A DNA stretch of 64,000 bases, taken from Gammaproteobacteria bacterium. Its GTDB lineage: Bacteria > Pseudomonadota > Gammaproteobacteria > Eutrophobiales > Eutrophobiaceae. Shown piece after piece: positions 18,526 to 30,171 of the stretch; positions within the stretch are counted from its first letter, which is position 1, and each line of letters begins with the position of its first letter. The notes below the pieces were generated by a model, which did not search any database, was not told where the DNA came from, and worked only from the letters and a program-made list of their open reading frames with translations. The DNA is taken from positions 224,001 through 288,000 of the forward strand of contig CAXMWX010000009.1 in the NCBI GenBank assembly GCA_963422205.2. Reading direction: 5' to 3'. The translations under genes and the position numbers were made by a program.

Positions 18526-20520
18526 CTATGCTATGGTGAGCAACTCAACCCCGGCATCAACCCGATCATTCTCGGCAAAAAATATATCCACCACCGTCCC
18601 GGCCTGATTTGCGGTGATGGTGTGTTCCATCTTCATCGCTTCTAATATCAGCAGGGGATCACCTTTGCTCACCGCCTGATCCTTGGCTGTGAGTATGGCG
18701 ATGATCTTCCCCGGCATGGGTGAGAGAAGTCTGCCGCCGTCCTCCTCTGCCGGTGTTTCGTACGCATCGGTAAGCCGTTCCAATTCGTAGCGCTGGCCGG
18801 CATGAAAGATGACAAGCCGCTGCTTATCCCTGATGACATCGGCTTGCAGCCGTCTGTTGCCCAGTCTGGCGGTGAGCCGGGTCTGCTCTTCAAGCTGCCC
18901 TGCTGCCTCCGTATCGGTATTATCCAGGCGAATGATAAAACCGCTGTCCGCTGGCTGTAGCTGGATTGTTTTCTCTGTTGAGCCGGCGCGCAATGTGATC
19001 GCCTCCCTGCTGGTCAGATTTAGCAGCCAGCCATCCGCCAGGTGCCAGGGGGAGTCCGGCTCGGCACTGGCCGCCGCCCGTGCCATGCTGTGCTGTTGAT
19101 GAACTAACATAAGATACAGTGCGGCAAGTTGATAAACAGCAGCCGTTGCCTTTTGTGCATACATTGCCTTGAGCAACTCCCCGGCATGTTCAGCAACGAA
19201 GCCGGTAGTCACTTCCCCTGCCTGCAACACCGGGTGTGCGAGCGCCGCCTGTAGAAAATCCAAGTTTGTCTTGAGGCCGACAATCTGTGTTGCCGCTAGG
19301 GCGGTTTGCATCCGGGCAAGACAATCCGGCCGATCCTCCGCCCAGACGATCAGCTTGGCAAGCATGGGATCGTAGAACACAGAAACCGCATCGCCCTGCT
19401 GCACGCCGGTATCAATACGGACGCAGGCCGACTCCGAAGGAAATCGCAGGTGCGTGATCTGTCCTGTGCAGGGGAGAAAATCATTGGCCGCATCTTCGGC
19501 ATAAATGCGGGCTTCCATGGCATGACCACGGATGGCCAGCGCATCCTGTCGCAGGGGTAATGGCCGCCCGGCGGCAACGCCCAGCTGCCACTCCACCAGG
19601 TCCTGACCGCTGATCATCTCCGTCACCGGATGTTCCACCTGCAAGCGGGTATTCATTTCCATGAAATAGAAATTCTCATCGGTATCGACAATAAATTCCA
19701 CCGTGCCAGCCCCGGTGTAGCCAATCGCCTCGGCGGCCTTGAGTGCGGCCTGGCCCATCATCTGGCGCCGCTCTGCCTGCATCCCGGGCGCGGGCGCCTC
19801 TTCCAGGATTTTTTGATATCGGCGCTGCATCGAGCAGTCCCGCTCAAACAGGTAAACCCCGTTGCCGTGCGTATCACGAAATATTTGAATTTCGATATGG
19901 CGCGGTTGCCGCAGGTATTTTTCGATTAATACCGTCTCATCATTAAAGGCATTCATGGCCTCACGTTTGGCCGCCGCCAAGGCAGCGGCGAATGCGCTCC
20001 TCTGCATGACCACACGCATGCCTTTGCCGCCCCCACCGGCCGCCGCCTTAATCAAAACAGGATAGGTCATATTATCGGCCTGTTTTTGCAGCCAGGCGGG
20101 ATCCTGATTGTCGCCGTGATAACCGGGCAGCAGCGGCACCCCGGCCTCGGTCATAATCGTCTTGGCGGTGCTCTTTGAACCCATGGCCGAAATGGCGGCG
20201 GCCGTCGGGCCGATAAAGATCATGTCATTGTCAGCGCAGCTTCTGGCAAGTTCAGGATTTTCTGATAAAAACCCGTAGCCAGGATGAATCGCCTCAGCTG
20301 CACTCGCATTCGCCGCCGCAATAATTCTCTCGATCAACAGATAGCTTTCATTCGCCGGGGCCGGGCCGATGGCGATGGCCTCATCGGCCATGCTCACATG
20401 CAGGGCCTCTGAATCGATCGTTGAATACACGGCAACGGTTTTTACTTTTAAGCGCCGTGCTGTCCTGATGATGCGGCAGGCGATCTCGCCGCGGTTGGCG
20501 ATCAGCATTTTATCAAACAT
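18526..20520 (-). CDS. liuD: 3-methylcrotonyl-CoA carboxylase alpha (biotin) subunit
   Basis: IANRGEIA, HPGYGFLSEN, EMNTRLQVEHPVTE, EAMKME biotin site. Lies in the liu operon. Confidence 0.9.
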   Translation of the reverse strand: MFDKMLIANRGEIACRIIRTARRLKVKTVAVYSTIDSEALHVSMADEAIAIGPAPANESYLLIERIIAAANASAAEAIHPGYGFLSENPELARSCADNDMIFIGPTAAAISAMGSKSTAKTIMTEAGVPLLPGYHGDNQDPAWLQKQADNMTYPVLIKAAAGGGGKGMRVVMQRSAFAAALAAAKREAMNAFNDETVLIEKYLRQPRHIEIQIFRDTHGNGVYLFERDCSMQRRYQKILEEAPAPGMQAERRQMMGQAALKAAEAIGYTGAGTVEFIVDTDENFYFMEMNTRLQVEHPVTEMISGQDLVEWQLGVAAGRPLPLRQDALAIRGHAMEARIYAEDAANDFLPCTGQITHLRFPSESACVRIDTGVQQGDAVSVFYDPMLAKLIVWAEDRPDCLARMQTALAATQIVGLKTNLDFLQAALAHPVLQAGEVTTGFVAEHAGELLKAMYAQKATAAVYQLAALYLMLVHQQHSMARAAASAEPDSPWHLADGWLLNLTSREAITLRAGSTEKTIQLQPADSGFIIRLDNTDTEAAGQLEEQTRLTARLGNRRLQADVIRDKQRLVIFHAGQRYELERLTDAYETPAEEDGGRLLSPMPGKIIAILTAKDQAVSKGDPLLILEAMKMEHTITANQAGTVVDIFFAENDRVDAGVELLTIA

Positions 20521-20522
20521 GA

Positions 20523-21314
20523 TTAGCCTGACCAGTCCGGCGTTCTTTTTTCCAGAAAGGCCGCCAGCCCCTCCCGGCCATCCCTTGAGGTGCGGATGTC
20601 AGCGATCAACTCGCTGGTATAGTGCATTAACTCGGCGGTAACCGGTTTACCGGCGATGTCACACACCAGCTGTTTGGCCGCTTTAACGGCATGAGGGCTG
20701 TTGCCCAGCAGGGTATTGATGAGCTCGCTGACATAGGTGTCAAGCTCCTCGGCATTGACACGCTCGGCGATGAGACCAATATCCCGGGCCCTGGCCGCAT
20801 CAAACGACTCCGCCGTTAAAAAATACCGCCGGGCATGGCCGGCGCCGATGCGGCTGATCACATAGGGGCTGATGGTTGCCGGCACCAGGCCGATTCGTGC
20901 CTCGCTGAAGGCAAAGCGGGCATCATCGCTGGCAATCGCCATGTCACAGCAACTGACTAGGCCACAGCCACCGCCCATGGTCACCCCCTGTACTTTTGCA
21001 ATCGTCGGTATTGCCAGGGAATGGAGTTTATATAACAGGCTCGCCAGTGCATCAGCGTCCCGGCGGTTCTCCGCTTCAGAGTTATTCGCCATGCGCCGCA
21101 TCCAGTTGATGTCAGCACCCGCCGAGAAATTCTTACCGGCCGCGCTGAGGAGCATGACCCTGGCCTTGTCATTGGCGGCGATCTGATCCAGCGCCCGGGT
21201 CATGTCGGCGATAATATACTCATCAAAGGCATTGTGTTTGTCAGGGCGATCAAGGGTTAATTCAACCACCCCGCGTACATCCGTCTGGATTGTGAGATAA
21301 TTGCTTTGCATCAC
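20523..21314 (-). CDS. liuC: Methylglutaconyl-CoA hydratase
   Basis: Crotonase with [10 protein letters not shown] and PATISPYV, located between liuB and liuD. Confidence 0.88.
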   Translation of the reverse strand: MMQSNYLTIQTDVRGVVELTLDRPDKHNAFDEYIIADMTRALDQIAANDKARVMLLSAAGKNFSAGADINWMRRMANNSEAENRRDADALASLLYKLHSLAIPTIAKVQGVTMGGGCGLVSCCDMAIASDDARFAFSEARIGLVPATISPYVISRIGAGHARRYFLTAESFDAARARDIGLIAERVNAEELDTYVSELINTLLGNSPHAVKAAKQLVCDIAGKPVTAELMHYTSELIADIRTSRDGREGLAAFLEKRTPDWSG

Positions 21315-22927
21315 ATTCTGAACAGGCCAAACCGACCCTCGGCAATCGGCGCATTCAGACTTGCCGAGATACCGAGGCCCAACACCCGGCGTGTCTCTTT
21401 GGGATCAATAATCCCGTCATCCCACAGCCGGGCGCTGGCATAATACGGGTGTCCCTGGGTTTCGTATTGCGCCCGGATCGGCGCCATGAATCGTTCCTGC
21501 TCCTCTGCCGTCCAGTCCTTGCCCCTGGCTTGCAGGTTGTCGTGTTTCACCTCGGCCAGAACCTGGGCGGCCTGCTCACCGCCCATGACGGAGATCCGTG
21601 CATTCGGCCACAGCCATAAAAAACGGGGATTGTAAGCCCGGCCACACATGCCGTAATTCCCGGCACCGAAGCTGCCGCCAATGATCACGGTAAATTTAGG
21701 CACGTTGGTGGTGGCGACTGCGGTGACCATCTTGGCACCATCCCTGGCGATACCCCCGGCCTCATAGTTTTTCCCGACCATGAAGCCGGTGATGTTTTGC
21801 AGGAATACCAGCGGTATCCGGCGCTGCGTGCAGAGTTCGATAAAGTGTGTGCCTTTCAGGGCAGACTCGGAGAACAGAATGCCGTTGTTGGCGATGATGC
21901 CCACCGGGTAGCCGAATATATGGGCAAAGCCACAGATGAGAGTCGTACCATAGCGCTGTTTGAACTCATCAAATTCACTGCCATCGACAATGCGGGTGAT
22001 GATCTCCCGGATGTCGAATGGCTTTTTTGCCTCGGTGGGGATAACACCATACAGTTCATCGCTGCCATACAGCGGCGCATCGGCTGGCCGGGTGTTCACC
22101 GTGTACGGCCTTGTCCGGTTAAAATGGCTGACCAGGCGGCGTGCCAGTTGCAGCGCATGCTGATCATTGTGTGCGTAATGATCGGCAACGCCAGAGGTGC
22201 GTGTATGCACATCCGCCCCGCCAAGCTGCTCGGCGCTCACCACCTCGCCAGTGGCGGCCTTGACCAGGGGCGGGCCGCCGAGGAAGATCGTCCCCTGGTT
22301 CTTCACGATGATGCTCTCATCCGCCATGGCCGGCACATAGGCACCACCGGCGGTACAGGAACCCATCACCACGGCCAGTTGCGGGATCCCCCTGGCCGAC
22401 ATGCTCGCCTGATTGTAAAAAATGCGTCCGAAGTGATCGCGATCAGGGAAGACTTCATCCTGCATGGGCAGGAAGGCGCCGCCGGAATCGGCCAGATAGA
22501 TACAGGGCAGATGATTGATCTCGGCGATCTCCTGGGCGCGCAGGTGTTTTTTCACCGTCAGGGGATAATAGGTCCCGCCCTTCACGGTGGCATCGTTGGC
22601 GATAATCATGCACTGTGTGCCGTTGATCTGGCCGATGCCGGTAATGATGCCCGCCGCAGGCGTCTCATCGTCATAGACCTGATATGCCGCCAGTTGCGAT
22701 AATTCCAGAAACGGCGCCCCGGGATCGGCCAGGTGTTTAATGCGATCACGAGGCAGCAGTTTGCCACGCGCCAGGTGTTTTTCTCTGGCTTTTTCCTGCG
22801 CCTTTCCGCCGCCCCTGGCGATGTGTTCGACCTTGCTTTTCAGATCATGCACCAGAACCTGCATGGCGGCACGGTTACGCTGAAAGTCTTCTGCGTTGGG
22901 GTCAAGTTGCGATTTCAGTAATGTCAT
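21311..22927 (-). CDS. liuB: 3-methylcrotonyl-CoA carboxylase beta subunit
   Basis: [43 protein letters not shown]-terminal FGLFRM. Confidence 0.93.
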   Translation of the reverse strand: MTLLKSQLDPNAEDFQRNRAAMQVLVHDLKSKVEHIARGGGKAQEKAREKHLARGKLLPRDRIKHLADPGAPFLELSQLAAYQVYDDETPAAGIITGIGQINGTQCMIIANDATVKGGTYYPLTVKKHLRAQEIAEINHLPCIYLADSGGAFLPMQDEVFPDRDHFGRIFYNQASMSARGIPQLAVVMGSCTAGGAYVPAMADESIIVKNQGTIFLGGPPLVKAATGEVVSAEQLGGADVHTRTSGVADHYAHNDQHALQLARRLVSHFNRTRPYTVNTRPADAPLYGSDELYGVIPTEAKKPFDIREIITRIVDGSEFDEFKQRYGTTLICGFAHIFGYPVGIIANNGILFSESALKGTHFIELCTQRRIPLVFLQNITGFMVGKNYEAGGIARDGAKMVTAVATTNVPKFTVIIGGSFGAGNYGMCGRAYNPRFLWLWPNARISVMGGEQAAQVLAEVKHDNLQARGKDWTAEEQERFMAPIRAQYETQGHPYYASARLWDDGIIDPKETRRVLGLGISASLNAPIAEGRFGLFRM

Positions 22928-22979
22928 GTCCCTGGATGTCAGGCCCTTGGCTCATGTTGGCAGCAGATGATCGGTATCG

Positions 22980-24152
22980 TTACATGGATTCGGCAAACAG
23001 CTCCCGGCCGATCAACATGCGTCTTATCTCACTGGTGCCGGCGCCGATTTCATACAGCTTGGCATCACGCAGGAGGCGTCCGGCGGGATAGTCGTTGATG
23101 TAGCCATTACCGCCCAGCACCTGAATGGCCTCCAGCGCCATCTGTGTGGCCTTTTCCGCCGCATACAGGATCGCTCCGGCGGCATCTTTACGCGTGGTCT
23201 CGCCCCGGTCACAGGCACGGGCAACGGCATAGACATAGGCACGGCAGGCGGTTAAGGTCGTGTACATATCGGCCAGCTTGCCCTGCATGAGTTGAAATTC
23301 GCCGATGGCCCGGCCGAACTGTTTGCGTTCGTGCACATACGGCACAACCATATCCATACAGGCCTGCATGATGCCCAGCGGCCCGCCGGCCAGCACGGCC
23401 CGTTCATAGTCCAGCCCGCTCATAAGGATACGCACGCCGGCGTTCTCCTCGCCCAGGACATTCTCCACCGGCACCTCACAATCCTGAAACACCAGCTCGG
23501 AGGTGTTGGAACCACGCATCCCCAGCTTGTCCAGTTTTTGTGCGGTGGAAAATCCACGGAAGCCTTTTTCAATAATGAACGCAGTAATGCCCCGCTGGTC
23601 AATGGCCGGATTGGTTTTGGCATACACGATCAGGACATGGGCATCGGGGCCGTTGGTGATCCACATTTTGCTGCCGTTTAACAGGTAATGATCGCCTTTT
23701 TTATCCGCCCGCAGCCGCATGCCCATGACATCCGAGCCAGCGCCCGGCTCACTCATGGCCAGCGCACCCACATGTTCACCCCGGATAAGCGCCGGCAGGT
23801 AGGTTTGTTTTTGTGCTGCCGAGCCGTTACGCCGTAGCTGGTTGACACACAGATTGGAGTGGGCGCCATAAGATAAACCGACAGCGGCCGAGGCACGGCT
23901 GATCTCCTCCATGGCAATCACGTGTTCCAGATAGCCCATGCCCGCCCCGCCATATTCCTGCTCAACGGTGATGCCCAGCAGCCCCATCGCCCCCAGCTTC
24001 TGCCACAGTCCTTCGGGGAAGGTGTTGCTCTCATCCATCCCGGCGGCGATGGGTTGTAGCTCAGACCGGGCAAAATCATACACGCTTTCGCGCAGCATGG
24101 TGGCGGTCTCGCCCAGGTCGAAATTCAGGCTGGAGTAGGCTGTCTGGTGCAT
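22980..24152 (-). CDS. liuA: Isovaleryl-CoA dehydrogenase
   Basis: [47 protein letters not shown]. Confidence 0.93.
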   Translation of the reverse strand: MHQTAYSSLNFDLGETATMLRESVYDFARSELQPIAAGMDESNTFPEGLWQKLGAMGLLGITVEQEYGGAGMGYLEHVIAMEEISRASAAVGLSYGAHSNLCVNQLRRNGSAAQKQTYLPALIRGEHVGALAMSEPGAGSDVMGMRLRADKKGDHYLLNGSKMWITNGPDAHVLIVYAKTNPAIDQRGITAFIIEKGFRGFSTAQKLDKLGMRGSNTSELVFQDCEVPVENVLGEENAGVRILMSGLDYERAVLAGGPLGIMQACMDMVVPYVHERKQFGRAIGEFQLMQGKLADMYTTLTACRAYVYAVARACDRGETTRKDAAGAILYAAEKATQMALEAIQVLGGNGYINDYPAGRLLRDAKLYEIGAGTSEIRRMLIGRELFAESM

Positions 24153-24169
24153 CAGTTATCTGCCAGGAG

Positions 24170-24185
24170 TTTACCTTAACGTAAA
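24170..24185. promoter_or_regulatory. LiuR operator upstream of liuA
   Basis: TTTACCTTAACGTAAA, a near match to the LiuR palindrome TTTACGTTAACGTAAA. Confidence 0.8.
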
Positions 24186-24209
24186 ATTCGATTGTTCAGG
24201 TGGCATTTT

Positions 24210-24605
24210 TCAGGCCGCCTGCCTGACGAGTTTGTCCAGGCACTGCTGCTCTACTTTTGCCATGGTCTTGAGTGTGGCCTCAATGTCGTTCATCTTGCCC
24301 AGCAGCGCTGCCCGGTGCTGGCCTATTTTCTGGCACAAACGCAGCAGTTGCAAGGTGTCATCGGCCTTGCCATCCGCTTGAGCCGGGTTATACATATCAA
24401 TAATTTCAAGGCATTCTTCCAAGGAAAAACCGATACGCTTGCCCCTCAAGGTGAGTTTCAGCCGGGTGCGATCACGCTCGCTGTAAACCCGCCTCGCCCC
24501 GTCACGCTGCGGGCTTAGGATCTGCTTGTCCTCATAAAAACGCAAGGCCCTGGGGGTGATCTGAAATTCCCTGGCGAGCTCTCGGATAGAGTAGGTTTGG
24601 GGCAT
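24210..24605 (-). CDS. liuR: MerR-family regulator LiuR
   Basis: YSIRELAREFQITPRALRFYED, RDRTRLKLTLRGKRIGFSL. Heads the liu operon. Confidence 0.88.
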   Translation of the reverse strand: MPQTYSIRELAREFQITPRALRFYEDKQILSPQRDGARRVYSERDRTRLKLTLRGKRIGFSLEECLEIIDMYNPAQADGKADDTLQLLRLCQKIGQHRAALLGKMNDIEATLKTMAKVEQQCLDKLVRQAA

Positions 24606-24620
24606 GAATGTTTGGCAATA

Positions 24621-24640
24621 AGTTTACGTTAAGGTAAACT
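24621..24640. promoter_or_regulatory. LiuR operator between liuR and the divergent acyl-CoA ligase
   Basis: AGTTTACGTTAAGGTAAACT, a near-perfect 20-bp palindrome. Confidence 0.82.
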
Positions 24641-24706
24641 ATAGAAAAAAAACCGGTTTCCTGCAACGATATTCACCATGATCTCATACAGTTGAGGTAA
24701 AGAGAC

Positions 24707-26383
24707 ATGAACAGTCAACCCAGTTTTGTCAGTGGCACCAGTGACAAGCCATTGATCTATCAGACCATCGGCAACGCCCTGCAAGCGGCGGCGAGCAACT
24801 GGCCGGGGCGGGAGGCGCTCATCGTCTGCCAGCAGCAGGTGCGCTGGAGTTATGCCGAGTTGGACCAAAAAGTGGACGCCTTCGCTGCCGGGCTGCTGGC
24901 CCTGGGTCTGGAGCCGGGCGACCGGCTGGGGGTGTGGGCGCCGAATGTGGCCGAGTGGGTGGTGGCGCAATTCGCCAGTGCCCGGGCGGGGCTGATTCAG
25001 GTCAATATCAATCCGGCTTATCGGGCGCATGAGCTGGACTATGTGCTGAACAAGGTGGGCTGCAAGGCGCTGATTCTGGCGGCCGAGTTCAAGGGCAGCG
25101 ATTATATTGCCCTGTTGCAATCACTTGCCCCAGAGTTGGACGCTTGCCCGGCGGGGGCATTGCAAGCCGCCCGGCTGCCACAGCTACGCACCGTGATTCG
25201 CCTGGGCGATGAGCAAAGCAGGGGTTGTCTGAACTATGATACTGTTTTTCAACTGGGGACGGATGCACACCGGCAGCATCTACGGCAACTGGCCGCTACC
25301 CTGCAACCGGATGATGCCATCAATATCCAGTTCACCAGCGGCACCACCGGCTCGCCCAAAGGCGCCACGCTGACGCATTTTAACATCCTGAACAATGGCT
25401 ATTTTGTTGGCCGGGCAATGGGCTTCACCGAGGCGGATCGGCTGTGTATTCCGGTGCCGTTTTATCATTGCTTCGGCATGGTCATGGGCAACCTGAACTG
25501 CATTACCCACGGCGCTGCCATGGTCATACCCGGTGCGGGTTTTGATCCGGACCTGACCTTGCAGGCGGTGGCGGATGAGAAATGCACCGCCTTGTATGGC
25601 GTACCGACCATGTTTATCGCTGAACTGGAACTGCCGGATTTCAAGCAATATGATCTTGGCAGCTTGCGTACCGGCATTATGGCCGGTGCATCGTGTCCGA
25701 TTGAGGTGATGAGGCGGGTTATCAACGAGATGCACATGGCCGATATCACGATCGCCTATGGCATGACCGAGACCAGCCCGGTCAGTTTTCAGAGCAGCGT
25801 TGATGATCCGATTGAGCGGCGGGTCGCCACCGTTGGGCGCATTCATCCGCATGTGCAGGTCAAGATCATTGATGAGCAGGGGCGGACAGTCAGCATCGGT
25901 CAACAGGGCGAGCTATGTACCCGTGGTTATAACGTCATGCGTGGCTATTGGGATGATGCTGAGAAGACCGCCGAGTCGATTGATGGTGCTGGCTGGATGC
26001 ACACGGGTGATTTGGCCGTGATTGATGCCGCCGGCTATTGCAATATCGTGGGTCGGGTCAAAGACATGGTGATACGTGGCGGGGAGAATATTTATCCGCG
26101 TGAAGTGGAGGAATTTTTATACAGTCATGACAAGATACAGGATGTTTCAGTCTTTGGTGTGCCGGATGATAAATACGGCGAGCAGGTGTGCGCCTGGGTT
26201 AAATTAACGACCGGGGCTGAAATGGATGCCGCCGAGCTTACATCTTATTGTCAGGAGGCGATTGCACACTACAAAATTCCGCATTACATCCGCTTTGTGG
26301 ATGCATTCCCCATGACAGTGACCGGCAAGATTCAGAAGTTCATCATGCGCCAGGCGATGATCGATGAGCTGGGTCTTGCTTAA
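24707..26383 (+). CDS. AMP-binding acyl-CoA synthetase
   Basis: [51 protein letters not shown]. Confidence 0.9.
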   Translation: MNSQPSFVSGTSDKPLIYQTIGNALQAAASNWPGREALIVCQQQVRWSYAELDQKVDAFAAGLLALGLEPGDRLGVWAPNVAEWVVAQFASARAGLIQVNINPAYRAHELDYVLNKVGCKALILAAEFKGSDYIALLQSLAPELDACPAGALQAARLPQLRTVIRLGDEQSRGCLNYDTVFQLGTDAHRQHLRQLAATLQPDDAINIQFTSGTTGSPKGATLTHFNILNNGYFVGRAMGFTEADRLCIPVPFYHCFGMVMGNLNCITHGAAMVIPGAGFDPDLTLQAVADEKCTALYGVPTMFIAELELPDFKQYDLGSLRTGIMAGASCPIEVMRRVINEMHMADITIAYGMTETSPVSFQSSVDDPIERRVATVGRIHPHVQVKIIDEQGRTVSIGQQGELCTRGYNVMRGYWDDAEKTAESIDGAGWMHTGDLAVIDAAGYCNIVGRVKDMVIRGGENIYPREVEEFLYSHDKIQDVSVFGVPDDKYGEQVCAWVKLTTGAEMDAAELTSYCQEAIAHYKIPHYIRFVDAFPMTVTGKIQKFIMRQAMIDELGLA

Positions 26384-26592
26384 AGCAAAAGATAACGATG
26401 GCCGCATGGGCGCAAGATATCTTAAGCACGTCTGCATTTATCTCTCCTGATAGATGAGTCATCAGCCTGTTTTCAATGATAGAAAAGTTTTACCAAATAC
26501 ACAAAGTTTTATCAGCCGCCAGACGATGAGATAATGCCTTGTTGCCAGCATTACCTTAAAATCAGCTCAAATAACGTTATGAGGACAGCGAG

Positions 26593-28227
26593 ATGACACA
26601 ACACGCCATGCAGGACTATGAACAAGCCTGTGCCGCTTTTCAGTGGCCGCAGCCTCGGCAGTTTAACTTTGTCCGTGAGGTGCTGGACAAGTGGGCGGCC
26701 GATGAGAATAAACTTGCCCTTCGCTGGGTGGATGATGCGGGGATGCAGATCGACACCACCTTTGCCGCGCTGTGTGAGCGTTCCAGGAAATTATGCAACG
26801 TGCTGACGGCCGCTGGCATAAAACGTGGCGATGTCGTCATTGTCATCTTGAGCCGACAGGTGGCGTGGTGGGAGGCATTCACCGCCTGCATCGGCATGGG
26901 CGCTGTTATCTCTCCGGGTACAACCCAGCTATCGACTCAAGATATCGCTTATCGTATCGAGGCGGCCAATGCCCGTTGTCTCATCACCGATGCGGCCAAC
27001 GCCGCCAAGGTGGATGCGATTGAACCGGCCAGCGCCGCTCTGCCGGCCCGCCTGCTGGTTGATGCCCAAAGAGATGGCTGGATTGATTATCAGGCCGCCA
27101 TGCAAGCGGCCAGCGACGAGTTTGCTACGGCCGACACGGGCGCTGATGAGGCGCTCATGTGTTATTTTACCTCTGGCACAACGGGCTACCCGAAGCTGTG
27201 TATCCATACCCACAGCTATCCCCTCGGCCATCGAACCACGGGTGAATACTGGCTGGACCTGGGGCCGGATGATCTGCACTGGAACATCAGTGATACCGGC
27301 TGGGCGAAGGCGGCCTGGAGCAGCTACTTCGGCCCCTGGCAGTGCGGGGCGGCCTTGTTTGTCCACCATACCTTTGGTTTTGATGCACTGCGCACGCTGG
27401 CATTGTTACAACACTATCCGATCACCACGATATGTGCTGCACCAACCATCTATCGTATGCTGGTGCTGGAGGATTTATCGGCGTTCAAGCCGGCTTGCCT
27501 GCGGCATTGTGTGGGTGCTGGCGAGCCACTCAATCCTGAGGTCATCGAAACCTGGAGAAAATCCACCGGCATCACCATTCGTGATGGTTACGGTCAAACA
27601 GAGACGGCCCTGCTCTGTGGCAGCTTCCCCTGCATCGCACCACGCCTTGGTTCTATGGGCAAGCCTGTCCCGGGCATTGAGTTGCATGTGGTGGACAATG
27701 AGGGGGCGATCGTGCCGGCCAATACGGAGGGCGATATAGCGGTTAAGGTGAAACCCATCAGGCCACCGGGCTTGTTTAAGGAATACAAGGACAATCCAGA
27801 GAAGACCGCCGAGACCTTCAGGGGCGACTGGTACTTGACCGGTGACCGGGCGTACCGGGATGAGGATGGTTATTTCTGGTTTGTCGGCCGGGCCGATGAT
27901 GTGATCTTGTCAGCAGGGTATCGTATCGGCCCGTTTGAAGTGGAGAGCGCCCTGCTTGAGCATGCGGCCGTGGCCGAATCGGCAGTCATCGCCAGTCCGG
28001 ATCCCATCCGCGGCGAGGTGGTCAAGGCCTTTGTGGTGCTGGCGCCCGGCCATGCCGCCAGCGATGCGCTGAAAGCCGAACTACAGGAACATGTAAAAAC
28101 CGTCACGGCACCTTATAAATACCCGCGCAAGATTGAGTTTATTGAAGCGCTGCCGAAGACAGTGAGCGGCAAGATAAGGCGGGTTGAGTTACGAGGGCGG
28201 GAATGGGACGGCCATACTGGTGGCTAG
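26593..28227 (+). CDS. Medium-chain acyl-CoA synthetase (ACSM-like)
   Basis: YFTSGTTGYPK, SDTGWAK, GYGQTET, GRADDVILSAGYRIGPFEVES, LPKTVSGKIRR. Confidence 0.9.
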   Translation: MTQHAMQDYEQACAAFQWPQPRQFNFVREVLDKWAADENKLALRWVDDAGMQIDTTFAALCERSRKLCNVLTAAGIKRGDVVIVILSRQVAWWEAFTACIGMGAVISPGTTQLSTQDIAYRIEAANARCLITDAANAAKVDAIEPASAALPARLLVDAQRDGWIDYQAAMQAASDEFATADTGADEALMCYFTSGTTGYPKLCIHTHSYPLGHRTTGEYWLDLGPDDLHWNISDTGWAKAAWSSYFGPWQCGAALFVHHTFGFDALRTLALLQHYPITTICAAPTIYRMLVLEDLSAFKPACLRHCVGAGEPLNPEVIETWRKSTGITIRDGYGQTETALLCGSFPCIAPRLGSMGKPVPGIELHVVDNEGAIVPANTEGDIAVKVKPIRPPGLFKEYKDNPEKTAETFRGDWYLTGDRAYRDEDGYFWFVGRADDVILSAGYRIGPFEVESALLEHAAVAESAVIASPDPIRGEVVKAFVVLAPGHAASDALKAELQEHVKTVTAPYKYPRKIEFIEALPKTVSGKIRRVELRGREWDGHTGG

Positions 28228-28331
28228 AGAGCCTTTATTGGGGTTTAATTCCAAGGGCTGCCCCAGATGAATGATGTTATCCGGGATGGTTGGATAGCCA
28301 GGTTATCAGGAAGTCGTGCATTAACATCGAA

Positions 28332-29015
28332 TTAAAAGGGCTTGGCTGAACCCAGGAAGGCAACTGCTGCAATGCCAATCCAGTAGACGTAAGCCATATT
28401 GCGCCCGAACCGTATTGACTTGTCCAGGGTCAACTCGATGCTTGCGGTCTCACTCTCGGTGGCAAGCCGCCGGAACAGCACAGTCCACTCCCGCATAATA
28501 AAACGCAGTTTCAAACCGATGATGAGTAACAATGAATAAATCAATATCTTGCTGGAAAACCACATCGCGCCCTCTCCGGCCCGGAATGGCCCATAGCCCA
28601 TCAGGGAGCTGATGCTGGCCAGAAGCAACAAGGGAATAACCACAAAGCGAATGGCCTCATCAAACTTCGTCAGGCGGATACCGGTATCGGTTTCACGCTT
28701 AAAGAAGGCCATCCATGTCAAGCTCAGCCAGGCGGCAAAGGCCAGCCACATGATGACCAACCAGGCACCACCGTAAGGGTGCATGCCCCATAGAAATCCC
28801 ATGTGCAGACCCAACGGCAATAGTAAAACAATGCCTGTGCGGGCAAGAATATCGATACGATAAGCCGTTTCCATGTGCCGTCGGCGCTCATCCATGGATA
28901 ATTTGGGGTTGATGACATGATAGGACGTTTGAAAAACACCCCATTCACCACCCAGCCAGTAGACCATCGCCAGAATATGCAGCCAGCGTAAAACAGCGAG
29001 TTCAGTAATACCCAT
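28332..29015 (-). CDS. Uncharacterised integral membrane protein (paralog of 49446..50114)
   Basis: About 6 hydrophobic segments, with LHILAMVYWLGGEWGVF and LPLGLH. Confidence 0.75.
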   Translation of the reverse strand: MGITELAVLRWLHILAMVYWLGGEWGVFQTSYHVINPKLSMDERRRHMETAYRIDILARTGIVLLLPLGLHMGFLWGMHPYGGAWLVIMWLAFAAWLSLTWMAFFKRETDTGIRLTKFDEAIRFVVIPLLLLASISSLMGYGPFRAGEGAMWFSSKILIYSLLLIIGLKLRFIMREWTVLFRRLATESETASIELTLDKSIRFGRNMAYVYWIGIAAVAFLGSAKPF

Positions 29016-29055
29016 AAATGCCCACTCTCAGCAGCAAACGGTTTTGTTAGGTTAG

Positions 29056-29074
29056 TATAATATTATAACATTAT
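29056..29074. promoter_or_regulatory. AT-rich operator candidate (shared motif, site 1)
   Basis: Reverse complement ATAATGTTATAATATTATA. Similar sites at 31672 and 42676. Confidence 0.5.
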
Positions 29075-29314
29075 AAATAATTCAACCTCACTCTTCCGAT
29101 GAGGGGCTTGATAAAGATGATCAGCCCTTGTCCTGCCATAGAAGCGTGAACAGTCACCCCTGATAGAATCATCGCCGCTATCCATGGATGGAGTTGCCCC
29201 AGGTTATGTCTATTGAATTGGTTATTTAAAGCGGCGCGCAAGTGATGTAAACTGCCTGCACCGACTGACAGTTTCTTGTCGTGACCTATGCACAGCGCCG
29301 ACTACTCCTGACGG

Positions 29315-30145
29315 ATGTCATTATTTACCCTGTATCCAGCCATGCGTGATAGACCACAAAAACTCCTAAGGGCTTACAGTAAAAACGTGCTGGACCCGAA
29401 TTCACCGACGCCGCTGTATCATCAACTGTATTCCATGCTGAGAGGCTGCATCGTCGGTGGCATATTGGCCGATGGAGATAAAATGCCATCGGAAAAGGAA
29501 TTGGCGACTGTCTTTAAGGTCTCTCGCATCACGGCCCGGCGCGCATTACACGATCTTGCCACAGATAATTTCATTGCAAGGCACCGGGGGCGCGGCAGCT
29601 TTGTCCATTATAAGTATCAGCCAGAAACGGTGACTGCACCACTGACAGGGATGCTGGAGAGACTGGAACACATGGGGCGTGAAACCAAAATAAAGGTGAT
29701 TTCTCTTCGGTTCAGCAAACCACCGGCCAGCATGAATGAAGAATTTGAGCTGGAAGATGAACACCTGAATTTATGTCATATTACCCGAATCCGCAGTCAT
29801 AACAGCATGCCTTTTGCGTTTTATGAAAGCTGGTCTCTTGGCCTGGACAAGTCAGTCATTAATAAGCAAATGCTTGAGCAGCATCCCAGACTGGAACTGC
29901 TGCGAAAAGCCGGGATAAAAATTGCCAACATTGAGCAGACCTTGAGTGCTGAAGCGGCTTCGCCCGGTGTGGCGGATGCCCTGGGACTTATGCCTGGAAA
30001 GCCTTTGTTGAAACTCATCCGCCGGGCATTTGACCGAAAAGGAAAACAAATCGATCACCTTAACGGCGTCTATGATCCTGATCGCTTTCAATATCAAATG
30101 ACCATGTCACTGGAGACGAACACAGGCAAGCGGGCTAAAACATAA
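29315..30145 (+). CDS. GntR family regulator, HutC/UTRA subfamily
   Basis: PLYHQL, MPSEKELA..FKVSRITARRAL..L, RGRGSFV, and a C-terminal UTRA-like domain. Confidence 0.9.
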   Translation: MSLFTLYPAMRDRPQKLLRAYSKNVLDPNSPTPLYHQLYSMLRGCIVGGILADGDKMPSEKELATVFKVSRITARRALHDLATDNFIARHRGRGSFVHYKYQPETVTAPLTGMLERLEHMGRETKIKVISLRFSKPPASMNEEFELEDEHLNLCHITRIRSHNSMPFAFYESWSLGLDKSVINKQMLEQHPRLELLRKAGIKIANIEQTLSAEAASPGVADALGLMPGKPLLKLIRRAFDRKGKQIDHLNGVYDPDRFQYQMTMSLETNTGKRAKT

Positions 30146-30171
30146 TACACTCATCAATCAAGCCGCCATTG

